From the NCBI RefSeq assembly GCF_963921235.1, contig NC_086104.1, positions 4,092,001 through 4,156,000 on the forward strand: 64,000 nucleotides of DNA, read 5' to 3'. The first letter of the stretch is position 1. Each line of letters begins with the position of its first letter. The DNA comes from Mobula hypostoma (taxonomy: Eukaryota). The position numbers and the translations under genes were made by a program. Below, in pieces: positions 53,041 through 62,252 of this stretch. The notes below the pieces were generated by a model. That model had not been told where the DNA came from. It worked only from the letters and a program-made list of their open reading frames with translations, and did no database searches.

Positions 53041-53454
53041 ATCAAGTTGACAGCTGCACTAGAGTTGGCGAATAGTACTGCTAAGGTTTTAACTGATGTC
53101 CAGAACCAGATTACGGATTTAACTACTGAAATAGTAGCTCTGAGGATGGTAGTTTTACAGAATAGGATGGCATTAGATTTATTGCTAGCAGAGAAAGGAG
53201 GGACATGTGCTGTCATAGGAAAGGAATACTGTATTTATATTCCAGATGAAGCCTCTAATATTACAGATCTATCTCAGCATATCACTCAGGAAATCCAGAA
53301 AATTAAGGGAATTGGAGAAAAGATGCATGTGTTTACCGATGGTAAGGAAACCTGGCCATGGCCTTTTAACATTTTTGGAGACTTCTGGGGAATGCTTCTG
53401 CATGTAGCTCTGATAAAAGTTTTAATTATAACCATAGTAATTCTTATAAGATAG
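53031..53454 (+). mobile_element. ERV relic: env TM subunit (gamma-type)
   Basis: Heptad region, ISD LQNRMALDLLLAEKGGTC (53155-53214), CX6CC degraded to CAVIGKEYC, hydrophobic anchor. Confidence 0.9.
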
Positions 53455-53520
53455 GTTAGTCCCCTTCTTATAGCTTGTTGTTAACATGATGGATTCCTTT
53501 AAGATTTATCATTAAATGAT

Positions 53521-54000
53521 AAAAAGGAGGGAATGATATAAGTTCTCCACAAAAGACGTCTCCTGACTTTTCACACCTTTTGGTTTCGACAAAAGGTGGT
53601 TGCTGATGGAGCTTAAGATAGGACATTCTTTTATCAATTAAAATTTAAATTTCAGTAGAGTCGTTTTTCTAGGTTATTAAGTTTTGCCCTATTTGAGTAG
53701 CTGGGATGTCTATCGAACTGACTGTTCTTTTGTATCAACCTGAGTGTCTTTTTCAGTGGTCTTATAACTTGTAACAATTCTGACATCAGGCAGTGAACTT
53801 GTTGAACCACTGGAGGGATGAGAACGCTTCTCCCCTGATGTCGGGACCAAGTTCACTTGCCGACTGAGATCGAAGAAATAAACTGGTGAAAAGATAAGTA
53901 ACAATTTTTTTTGTGCTGTGGTTATTTGATCCGGCAAATTTACGTTTACACACTGCCAATCAGTAACATTAACCATCACACATTCCCCTCACTGATATCA
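53521..54000 (+). mobile_element. PPT and 3' LTR of the env-bearing ERV
   Basis: PPT aaaaaggagggaa (53521-53533), LTR starts TGATAT at 53534, AATAAA at about 53877 then a GT-rich tract. The end is either tttaCA (53950) or ATATCA (54000). Confidence 0.65.
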
Positions 54001-55049
54001 CCGATCAATTCACAGTGATACCCCAACACTCACAGTCACACAATCCTAAAATGGCCATTTCCGTTTCAGAAACTGGTTGTGAACAGACTGTTTTCTGTTC
54101 ATAACCAATCCACAGTCCACATTAGTATATTACCTCTCATACTGTGCACTGTAGTTTATTTAATGATCTGTGTGCGACTCCTCACAGGAATCTCCTCTCG
54201 ACCCTCTCCAATGTCACTCCACTCTTTAAGAAGGGAGGGAAGCAAAAGAAAGGAAATTATAGGCCAGTGAGCCTGACTTCAGTGGTTGGGAAGACGTTGG
54301 AGTCCATTATTAAGGACGAGGTTTCAGGGTACTTGGAGACACATGATAAAATAGGCCAAAGTGTGCACGGTTTCCTTGAGGGAATGTCCTGCTTGACAGA
54401 TCTGAGGAATTATTTAAGGAAATAACAGGCAGGGTAGAGAAAGGAGAATCAGTCTATATCGAGCCCTCAGATTTTCAGAAGACCTTTGACAAGGTCCACG
54501 TGAGGCTGCTTAACAAGATAAGAGTCCATGGTATTACAGGAAAGATACTAGCATAGAGTGCGAATTGACTGATTGGCACGAGGCAAAGAGTGGGAATAAA
54601 TGGAGTGACATTTACAATTTTACAGTCTTCCAGAACCATTTCAGAATCTAGAGATTCTTGAAAGATCATTACTAATGGCTCTGCAATCTCTTCAGCCACA
54701 ATGTTCAGAACCCTCGGGTGTTGACCGTGTGGCCCAGGTGACTTACCTACTTTCATACCTTTCAGTGTCGCAAGCACCTTTGCCTTCGTAATCGTTCAAG
54801 TTTATTGTGATTTGACTGTAAACATATTCTGTATACAACCACATGACACAATGTTCCTCTAGACCACAGTGCACCTTCAAAACATATATTACACACTGTG
54901 GAGATTTGTCTCCTACCCTCGGCTTTCAGTGGAATTCTGTAGACAGAGCTTGTTCTCTGCACCTCTGTGTCTCAGGAACACTTTTCAAAACCACGTTCCC
55001 CACTCAGCAACTCTGTCCCTGCCACCCCTCAAGCTGGAGTTGAAGTGAG

Positions 55050-56219
55050 GTGCAGATGTTCCTGTACTTATCCAATTCCCGAGCATACAGTGTGTCTCTG
55101 AGGGTCACACAGTATGGTTATGGTGTACCATGAGCAAAGACAGACTGGAAGACAATTACGTCTGCTGGTACGGAAGCTACCTGGGCAAGACATGCAAACA
55201 CGAGGAAATCTGCAGATGCTGGAATTTCAAGCAACACATGAAATTTGCTGGTGAACGTAGCAGGCCAGGCAGCATCCCTAGGAAGAGGTACAGTCGACGG
55301 TTTGGGCTGAGACCCTTCGTCAGGACTAACTGAAAGAAGAGCTAGTAAGAGATTTGAAAGTGGGAGGGGGAGGGGGAGACCCAAAATGATAGGAGAAGAC
55401 AGGAGGGGGAGTGATGGAGCCAGGAGCTGGACAGTTGTTTGGCAAAAGGGCTATGAGAGGATCTCACTCCTATTCTGATATGTCTATCCACGGCCTCCTC
55501 TACTGTAAAGATGAAGCCACACTCAGGTTGGAGGAACAACACATTATATTCCGTCTGGGTAGCCTCCAACCTGATGGCATGAACATCGACTTCTCAAACT
55601 TCTGCTAATGCCCCACCTTCCCCTCGTACCCCATCTGTTATTTATTTATATACATACATTCTTTATCTCTCTCTCCTTTTTCTCCCTCTGTCACTCTCCA
55701 TATACCCCTTGCCCATCCTCTGGGCTTTTACCCCCCCTCCCCCTTTTTCCTTCTCCCTGGGCCTCCTGTCCCATGATCCTCTCATATCCCTTTTGCCAAT
55801 CACCTGTCCAGCTCTTGGCTCCATCCCTCCCCCTCCTGTCTTCTCCCATCATTTCGGGTCTCTCCCTCCCCCTCCCACTTTCAAATCTCTTACTATCTCT
55901 TCTTTTAGTTAGTCCTGACAAAGGGTCTCAGCCTGAAACGTTGACTGTACCTCTTCCTAGAGATGCTGCCTGGCCTGCTGCGTTCACCAGCAACTTTTAT
56001 GTGTTGCTGGGCAGAACATGGAGTGGGTTTTAACACACAGGGCAGGAGGCAGCCCAGAGTGGGGACGGGGTTTCACTGGGAGGTTCCAGTCCTACAGAGA
56101 CACGTCGAACAGCAGCTTCACCCTGACAGTCACAGACGTGGTGCACAGTGATTCTGCCGTCTATTACTGCAGAGTGTGGGGAGACATCGGTGGGAACGGC
56201 ACCCAGCTCATCGTAACCA
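55050..56219 (+). pseudogene. V3 pseudo-exon (paralog of V1), split by a Penelope insertion
   Basis: 55050-55194 aligns to V1 48072-48217 with a 1-nt deletion after TGGTA, and 56021-56219 aligns to V1 48227-48425. The 17-nt pyrimidine tract/acceptor of V1 (48054-48070) is missing. An 812-bp insert lies at 55195-56006. Confidence 0.9.
55195..56006 (+). mobile_element. Penelope-like insertion with inverted partial pseudo-LTR, inside V3
   Basis: ORF end RLEEQHIIFRLGSLQPDGMNIDFSNF; inverted arms at about 55219-55460 and 55775-56006; 14-bp TSD ctgggcaagacatg / ctgggcagaacatg (2 mismatches); two degenerate hammerhead motifs. Confidence 0.88.
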
Positions 56220-56397
56220 GTGAGTACAAGTTCTATTTATTCAGCAGTGTGATCCTGAATGGATTTATTAGATATAGTAAACACCTTTTTCAAAGAGCTG
56301 GCACAGGAGGATGGGCTGAATGGATTCTTTCTACACTGACAGTGAGCTTCCCAGATGTTTACCCACTGATGTGATTTCCTTTCCGTTCCTCAAACAG

Positions 56398-56517
56398 AGA
56401 TGTCCCGAGCCCCATCGTACCTGGCCTGGCTCATTCTGGCTGTCGTGCTGGGAGTTCTCGCTGTCACTGGAGGCATTTTCCTCATCAGACGCAGAGCGTT
56501 TAGAAACCACCCGTCCC
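56398..56517 (+). CDS. Transmembrane exon MSRAPSYLAWLILAVVLGVLAVTGGIFLIRRRAFRNHPS
   Basis: Acceptor tttccgttcctcaaacag|, donor C|GTACGT. About 23 uncharged hydrophobic residues followed by an RRR stop-transfer. 120 nt, phase 1-1, 178 bp after V3. Confidence 0.88.
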
Positions 56518-56532
56518 GTACGTGTGACTAAA

Positions 56533-59002
56533 TGGTTCATAATGGGTGACTTCAATCTACATGTAGACTGGGTGAACCAAATTGGTAAAGGTGCTGAGGA
56601 AGAGGATTTCTTGGAATGCATGCGGGATGGTTTTTTGAACCAACATGTCGAGGAACCAACTAGAGAGCAGGCTATTCTGGACTGGGTTTTGAGCAATGAG
56701 GAAGGGTTAATTAGCGATCTTGTCGTGAGAGGCCCCTTGGGTAAGAGTGACCATAATATGGTGGAATTCTTCATTAATATGGAGAGTGACATAGCTAATT
56801 CAGAAACAAAGGTTCTGAACTTAAAGAGGGGTAACTTTGAAGGTATGAGACGTGAATTAGCTAAGATAGACTGGCAAATGACACTTAAAGGATTGACGGT
56901 GGATATGCAATGGCAAGCATTTAAAGGTTGCATGGATGAACTACAACAATTGTTCATCCCAGTTTGGCAAAAGAATAAATCAAGGAAGGTAGTGCACCTG
57001 TGGCTGACAAGAGAAATTAGGGATAGTATCAATTCCAAAGAAGTAGCATACAAATTAGCCAGAGAAAGTGGCTCACCTGAGGACTGGGAGAAATTCAGAG
57101 TTCAGCAGAGGAGGACAAAGGGCTTAATTAGGAAGGGGAAAAAAGATTATGAGAGAAAACTGGCGGGGAACATAAAAACGGACTGTAAAAGCTTTTATAG
57201 ATATGTAAAAAGGAAAAGACTGGTAAAGACAAATGTAGGTCCCCTGCAGACAGAAACAGGTGAATTGATTATGGGGACATGGCAGACCAATTGAATAATT
57301 ACATTGGTTCTGTCTTCACTAAGGAGGACATAAATAATCTTCCAGAAATAGTAAGGGACAGAAGGTCCAGTGAGATGGAGGAACTGAGTGAAATACATGT
57401 TAGTAGGGAAGTGGTGTTAGGTAAATTGAAGGGATTGAAGGCAGATAAATCCCCAGGGCCAGATGGTCTGCATCCTAGAGTGCTTAAGGAAGTAGCCCAA
57501 GAAATAGTGGATGCATTAGTGATAATTTTTCAAAACTCGTTAGATTCTGGACTAGTTCCTGAGGATTGGAGGGTGGCTAATGTAACCCCACTTTTTAAAA
57601 AAGGAGGGAGAGAGAAACCGGGGAATTATAGACCGGTTAGCCTAACGTCGGTGGTGGGGAAACTGCTGGAGTCAGTTATCAAAGCGGTGAAATGATCGGA
57701 CAAAGTCAGCATGGATTTGTGAAAGGAAAATCATGTCTGACGAATCTCATAGAATTTTTTGAGGATGTAACTAGTAGAGTGGATAGCGGAGAACCAGTGG
57801 ATGTGGTATATTTGGATTTTCAAAAGGCTTTTGACAAGGTCCCACACAGGAGATTAGTGTGCAAACTTAAAGCACACGGTATTGGGGGTAAGGTATTGGT
57901 GTGGGTGGAGAATTGGTTAGCAGACAGGAAGCAAAGAGTGGGAATAAACGGGACCTTTTCAGAATGGCAGGTGGTGACTAGTGGGGTACCGCAAGGCTCA
58001 GTGCTGGGACCCCAGTTGTTTACAATATATATTAATGACTTGGATGAGGGAATTAAATGCAGCATCTCCAAGTTTGCGGATGACACGAAGCTGGGTGGCA
58101 GTGTTAGCAGTGAGGAGGATGCTAAGAGGATGCAGGGTGACTTGGATAGGTTGGGTGAGTGGGCAAACTCATGGCAGATGGAATTTAATGTGGATAAATG
58201 TGAAGTTATCCACTTTGGTGGCAAAAATAGGAAAACAGATTATTATCTGAATGGTGGCCGATTAGGAAAAGGGGAGGTGCAACGAGACCTGGGTGTCATT
58301 ATACACCAGTCATTGAAAGTGGGCATGCAGGTACAGCAGGCGGTGAAAAAGGCGAATGGTATGCTGGCATTTATAGCGAGGGGATTCGAGTACAGGAGCA
58401 GGGAGGTACTACTGCAGTTGTACAAGGCCTTGGTGAGACCACACCTGGAGTATCGTGTGCAGTTTTGGTCCCCTAATCTGAGGAAGGACATCTTTGCCAT
58501 AGAGGGAGTACAAAGAAGGTTCACCAGATTGATTCCTGGGATGGCAGGACTTTCATATGAAGAAAGACTGGATGAACTGGGCTTGTACTCGTTGGAATTT
58601 AGAAGATTGAGGGGGGATCTGATTGAAACGTATAAGATCCTAAAGGGATTGGACAGGCTAGATGCAGGAAGATTGTTCCCGATGTTGGGGAAGTCCAGAA
58701 CGAGGGGTCACAGTTTGAGGATAGAGGGGAAGCCTTTTAGGACCGAGATTAGGAAAAACTTCTTCACACAGAGAGTGGTGAATCTGTGGAATTCTCTGCC
58801 ACAGGAAACTGTTGAGGCCAGTTCATTGGCTATGTTTAAGGGGGAGTTAGATATGGCCCTTGTGGCTACAGGGGTCAGGGGGTATGGAGGGAAGGCTGGG
58901 GCGGGGTTCTGAGTTGGATGATCAGCCATGATCATAATAAATGGCGGTGCAGGCTCGAAGGGCCGAATGGCCTACTCCTGCACCTATTTTCTATGTTTCT
59001 AT
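56533..59002 (+). mobile_element. CR1 family A, young, in the TM-Cyt1 intron
   Basis: ORFs 56320-57294 (part), 57279-57695 and 57692-58912; 25-nt deletion at an aaag microhomology near 57684; tttctatg tail. Confidence 0.93.
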
Positions 59003-59145
59003 TCTGATCCGATTGTTGTATGGGGTTATTAAAATGTGAAGGTCGGGGACTGATTGTGAAAGAGTCCGTCGTTCTGTTGTGACAACAATGTGTGACTCAC
59101 AGCTTGGAGACGGGCGTTACTGACACTTTATACTCTATTTCACAG

Positions 59146-59219
59146 ACCCACCCACAGAAACTGATCACCGGAGCTCAGGGGCAGATTATGAAAATGTTTC
59201 CGTGGCCAGGGGTGTCCCG
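59146..59219 (+). CDS. Cytoplasmic exon 1 (H)PPTETDHRSSGADYENVSVARGVP
   Basis: Acceptor ctctatttcacag|, donor G|GTGAGT. Phase 1-0, contains YENV, lies in unique sequence between CR1 copies. Confidence 0.8.
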
Positions 59220-59414
59220 GTGAGTTCTGATGCTTTTCTCAGATGAGTAGAATTGTGTGGGGATCGCTCTGGTATGTTCTTGGCTTCTTACATCAGGGAT
59301 ATTCCCCAGTGACATTGTGGTTCATCGAATATTTCTGCAATGTCTGAATGTTTTGCAAATGTATGTGGTGTAACTGTTCCTGGATATTGACCACAGACTG
59401 TACAGCTGTACAGC

Positions 59415-60630
59415 ACAGGAACGAGGGGTCACAGTTTGAGGATAAAGGGGAAGCCTTTTAGGACCGAGATTAGGAAAAACTTCTTCATACAGAGAGTGGT
59501 GAATCTGTGGAATTCTCTGCCACAGGAAACAGTTGAGGCCAGTTCATTGGCTATATTTAAGAGGGAGTTAGATATGGCCCTTGTGGCTAAAGGGATCGGC
59601 GGGTATGGAGGGAAGGCTGGTACAGGGTTCTGAGTTGGATGATCAGCCATGATCATAATAAATGGCGGTGCAGGCTGGAAGGGCAGAATGGCCTACTCCT
59701 GCACCTATTTTCTATGTTTCAATGTTTCTATGAATAGGCCCTTCTGCCCATCATGGCAGGAGGAGAGGGGGCATAAGCTAGAAGGTGATAGGTGAAGACA
59801 AGTGAGTGGGGGAGGAGGATGCAGTGAGTAGCTGAGTGGTGTCGGTGGAAAAGCTAAAAGACTGAAGACACACAGGAAAAGGTGATAGTCAAATAAGGAG
59901 GTAAGAAGAGAGCCAGGGTGGGGAATGGAAGAAAAGGAAAGGGGGATGTGAGAATTTACTGGAATATAGAGAAATCACTGTTCTAGCTATCAGTTTGGAT
60001 TCTGCCCACATGGAATATGAGGTGTTTCTCCTTCAACCTGAGAGTAGCCTCATCATTGTAGTAAAGACGGCCATGGATCAACATGTTGGAATTGGAATGG
60101 GGATTGGAATCAAAGACGAGAGGACAGAAGGCCATGGAAGAAAGGAAGCACCAGAGGGAGGTGATGGGCAGGTAAGGAGGTAAGTTGGGAAATAGGAATG
60201 TGGAATGGTGAATGAGTGGGGCCTTACAGTAAGTTCAACAAATCAATGTTCATGCCACCAGGTTGGAGGCTACCCAAATGGAATATAAGGTGTTGATCCT
60301 CCAACCTGAGTGTGGTCTCATCTTGACAGTAGAGGAGACTTCGGACTAACATGTCGGAATGGGAATGTCTTTTCCACAGATTCCCCCTTCTCCAGACCTG
60401 TAGCTCTTTCACCCCACCACTCCTCCTGGTTTCTTCTATCACCCAGTGTGTCTTTATCCTCTCCCCCCCACTATTCCTCATCTTTTTTTCCTCAGGCCTG
60501 ATGAAGGGTCTCAGCCCAAAATGTCAACTGTACTTTTTTTCTATAGATGCTGCCTGGCCTGTTGAATTCCTCCAGCATTTTGTGTCTGTTACTTGGATTT
60601 CCAGCATTTGCAGATTTTTCTCTTGTTTGT
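59415..60630. mobile_element. CR1 family A 3' fragment and Penelope pseudo-LTR pieces
   Basis: ORF 59436-59633; LEDQHLIFHLGSLQPGGMNID on the minus strand; degenerate CTGATGA motif at about 60498. Confidence 0.75.
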
Positions 60631-60656
60631 AATGATGCAGTTGTGTTCTCTTGTAG

Positions 60657-60698
60657 GGTTCAGGAGGTCACCAGGTCGATTCAAACAACACCTACATG
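60657..60698 (+). CDS. Cytoplasmic exon 2 GSGGHQVDSNNTYM (first half of ITAM)
   Basis: Acceptor gtgttctcttgtag|, donor ATG|GTAAGG. 42 nt, phase 0-0. Confidence 0.78.
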
Positions 60699-60788
60699 GT
60701 AAGGAAGGTCACCTCTGGAACATTGAAGCTTTTCCCACAGCATGAGCTGTCAAGCTGTTGTTCACACCATTTCTGTGTTCTCTACTAG

Positions 60789-60831
60789 GCTCTGCAACGT
60801 CCCACTCAGTCCATCTACGGTCATCTCCAAG
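60789..60831 (+). CDS. Cytoplasmic exon 3 ALQRPTQSIYGHLQ (second half of ITAM)
   Basis: Acceptor ttctgtgttctctactag| after a 90-nt intron, donor G|GTACGT. Completes YMAL-x7-YGHL. Confidence 0.78.
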
Positions 60832-62223
60832 GTACGTTGCAACATCTTTGGACAGGCCGGCTAAACCATATCAACTGCTGTGGAAGTGGTGAGACTGGAG
60901 AAGTCCTTTCCTTGAAGTCCCACTCACAGTCCCCGTCCTCTTCTGGATCCATCAGTAACTCCTCACGATGACTTCAGGGAAAGGACATCCATCCCTGAGC
61001 AAGTTCACTGTGTCATCTGAACCAGATCTACTGGCGAGATGAGGCAGGGTTCAATGTTCCCAGCCATTTGCACAATTGGTCCCAGGTTTGAATCTGTCCG
61101 GTACCTTGCACACTTCCCATCGGTGATCAGTGGAGTATTGAGCTGTCAACTCAACCTCATGAAAACAGTTAAATGTTAACAAAATGGCTAGATTGCCACC
61201 CAATGCACCACAAGGCATGGAGAGGAACCACAACCAGGTGTGTTCAAGACCTCGATGGCAATGGGGAAGAAGCTGTTGTTGCACCTCTATGTATGTAACT
61301 TCAGGCTCCTGTACCTGCTGCCTGAAGATGGCATTAAGTAGCGGATACGGCCCAGATGGTGGGGTTCTCTGATGGATGGCACCTTCCTGAGACATCATCC
61401 CTTGTAAATGTTCTCAATGGTGGGAAGAGAATTTCATGATGAACTGGTTCAGTCCTGGACTCTCTGTAGCCTCTTGTGTTCCTGAACACTGAAGATCCAC
61501 ACCAGAACATGGTACAACTAGGTGTGATCTGACTGATTCCCTTATGTTCCTGTGTGCTGGAGATCCCACACCAGAACATGATATGAGAGGAGCTGCCAAT
61601 GTTAAGGTAGTCCATTCTGATGGATGTAGAGAAACCATTTGTTCTCGTGGGGAATACAGAACGTGGGGCAGTTGTACAACGTCACCGTAGCCTAGCTGCT
61701 CTGGAAACCCTGGTGTTGCCATGGAGATGTACAAGCCTCTCCAACACAGGTGGGAATTCCCGGTTGGAACCGGCTGGAATTTGCTGGTTTTGGACCGTGA
61801 AGGTTGGTCAGAGCTAAAACACATCGGCCACTATCTGATCAAGTGACAGAACGGATTGGAGGGACTGAGTTGTCTTTTCACCACATTCATTTTGCATAGT
61901 CTGTTCAGGGCCCCTGATATGAGTCCAGCATCAGGACAGCAGCATTGTGTTGCTGATAGAGTCCCCCACCCATGGGTGCTTCTGCCCTCAGCACCCTGCA
62001 TCCAGCAGTAACCTGGCATGGTAGTGAGAAACATCCATGTTGTCCAGTTCATTACCCCTGGCCACAGGTCCATTCTCAGGACCAGCAGAGGTGACTTATT
62101 CCTGAGTCCCAAAACCCCGAAAGTCAGAGACTCGGGAAAACCACTCAGACAGTGCCTGCCACATAGTTTAACTCTCCCATTCTTCACCGGCTCACCTCAC
62201 ACAACTCATTGTTTGTGTTTCAG

Positions 62224-62252
62224 CCGACAATAAACCACCGTCTCGCAGCTGA
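62224..62252 (+). CDS. Terminal coding exon (A)DNKPPSRS-stop
   Basis: Strong acceptor ttgtttgtgtttcag|, phase 1 matches exon 60789-60831, TGA at 62250-62252. Short, so it is less certain; read-through of the previous exon to a stop near 60970 is an alternative. Confidence 0.6.

Larger units (their letters stand above)
17304..62252 (+). other. Gene model: non-rearranging multi-V(J) IgSF receptor with TM and its own ITAM (L-V1-V2-[psiV3]-TM-Cyt1-4; 352 aa if V3 is skipped)
   Basis: Eight intact exons with AG/GT boundaries and compatible phases (1,1,1,1,0,0,1). Lengths 49+354+348+120+74+42+43+29 = 1059 nt = 353 codons ending in TGA, with no internal stop. The product has signal peptide, two V domains, hydrophobic TM plus RRR, and tyrosine motifs in the expected order. 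Confidence 0.8.

Noticed and set aside
53047-53454. Domesticated syncytin-like env gene
   Set aside because: Only the TM part is present, with no signal peptide, SU or furin site, and CX6CC is mutated.
1020-54000. The two ERV relics as complementary parts of one provirus split by the receptor gene
   Set aside because: The pieces do not overlap, but the integrase looks class I while the RT looks class III-like, and 47 kb of host gene lies between them. There is no shared LTR or TSD evidence.
52304-54000. Twin-priming (LINE-mediated) origin of the inverted ERV fragment
   Set aside because: The geometry fits, but there is no poly(A) tail after AATAAA and U5-like sequence continues, so a DNA-level rearrangement is more likely.
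54188-54210. Possible start of a C1 exon (ctcacag|GA ATC TCC TCT CGA CCC TCT); similar candidates at 48683 and 54976
   Set aside because: It runs into CR1 sequence or a stop within a few codons, with no C1 motifs (CxV, WxxxG, YxCxVxH) and no donor.
55195-56006. TE splitting a V exon, as a RAG-transposon-like event
   Set aside because: It is a Penelope retroelement with a 14-bp TSD, not a TIR element with a 5-bp TSD, and it sits in the C-C' loop rather than at the V-J junction.
56320-57294. 324-aa ORF as a novel protein
   Set aside because: It is a chance fusion of an off-frame read of the TM exon with a CR1 endonuclease fragment.
60741-60788. Alternative acceptor that would truncate the ITAM
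   Set aside because: It would need a 42-nt intron, below the usual vertebrate minimum.
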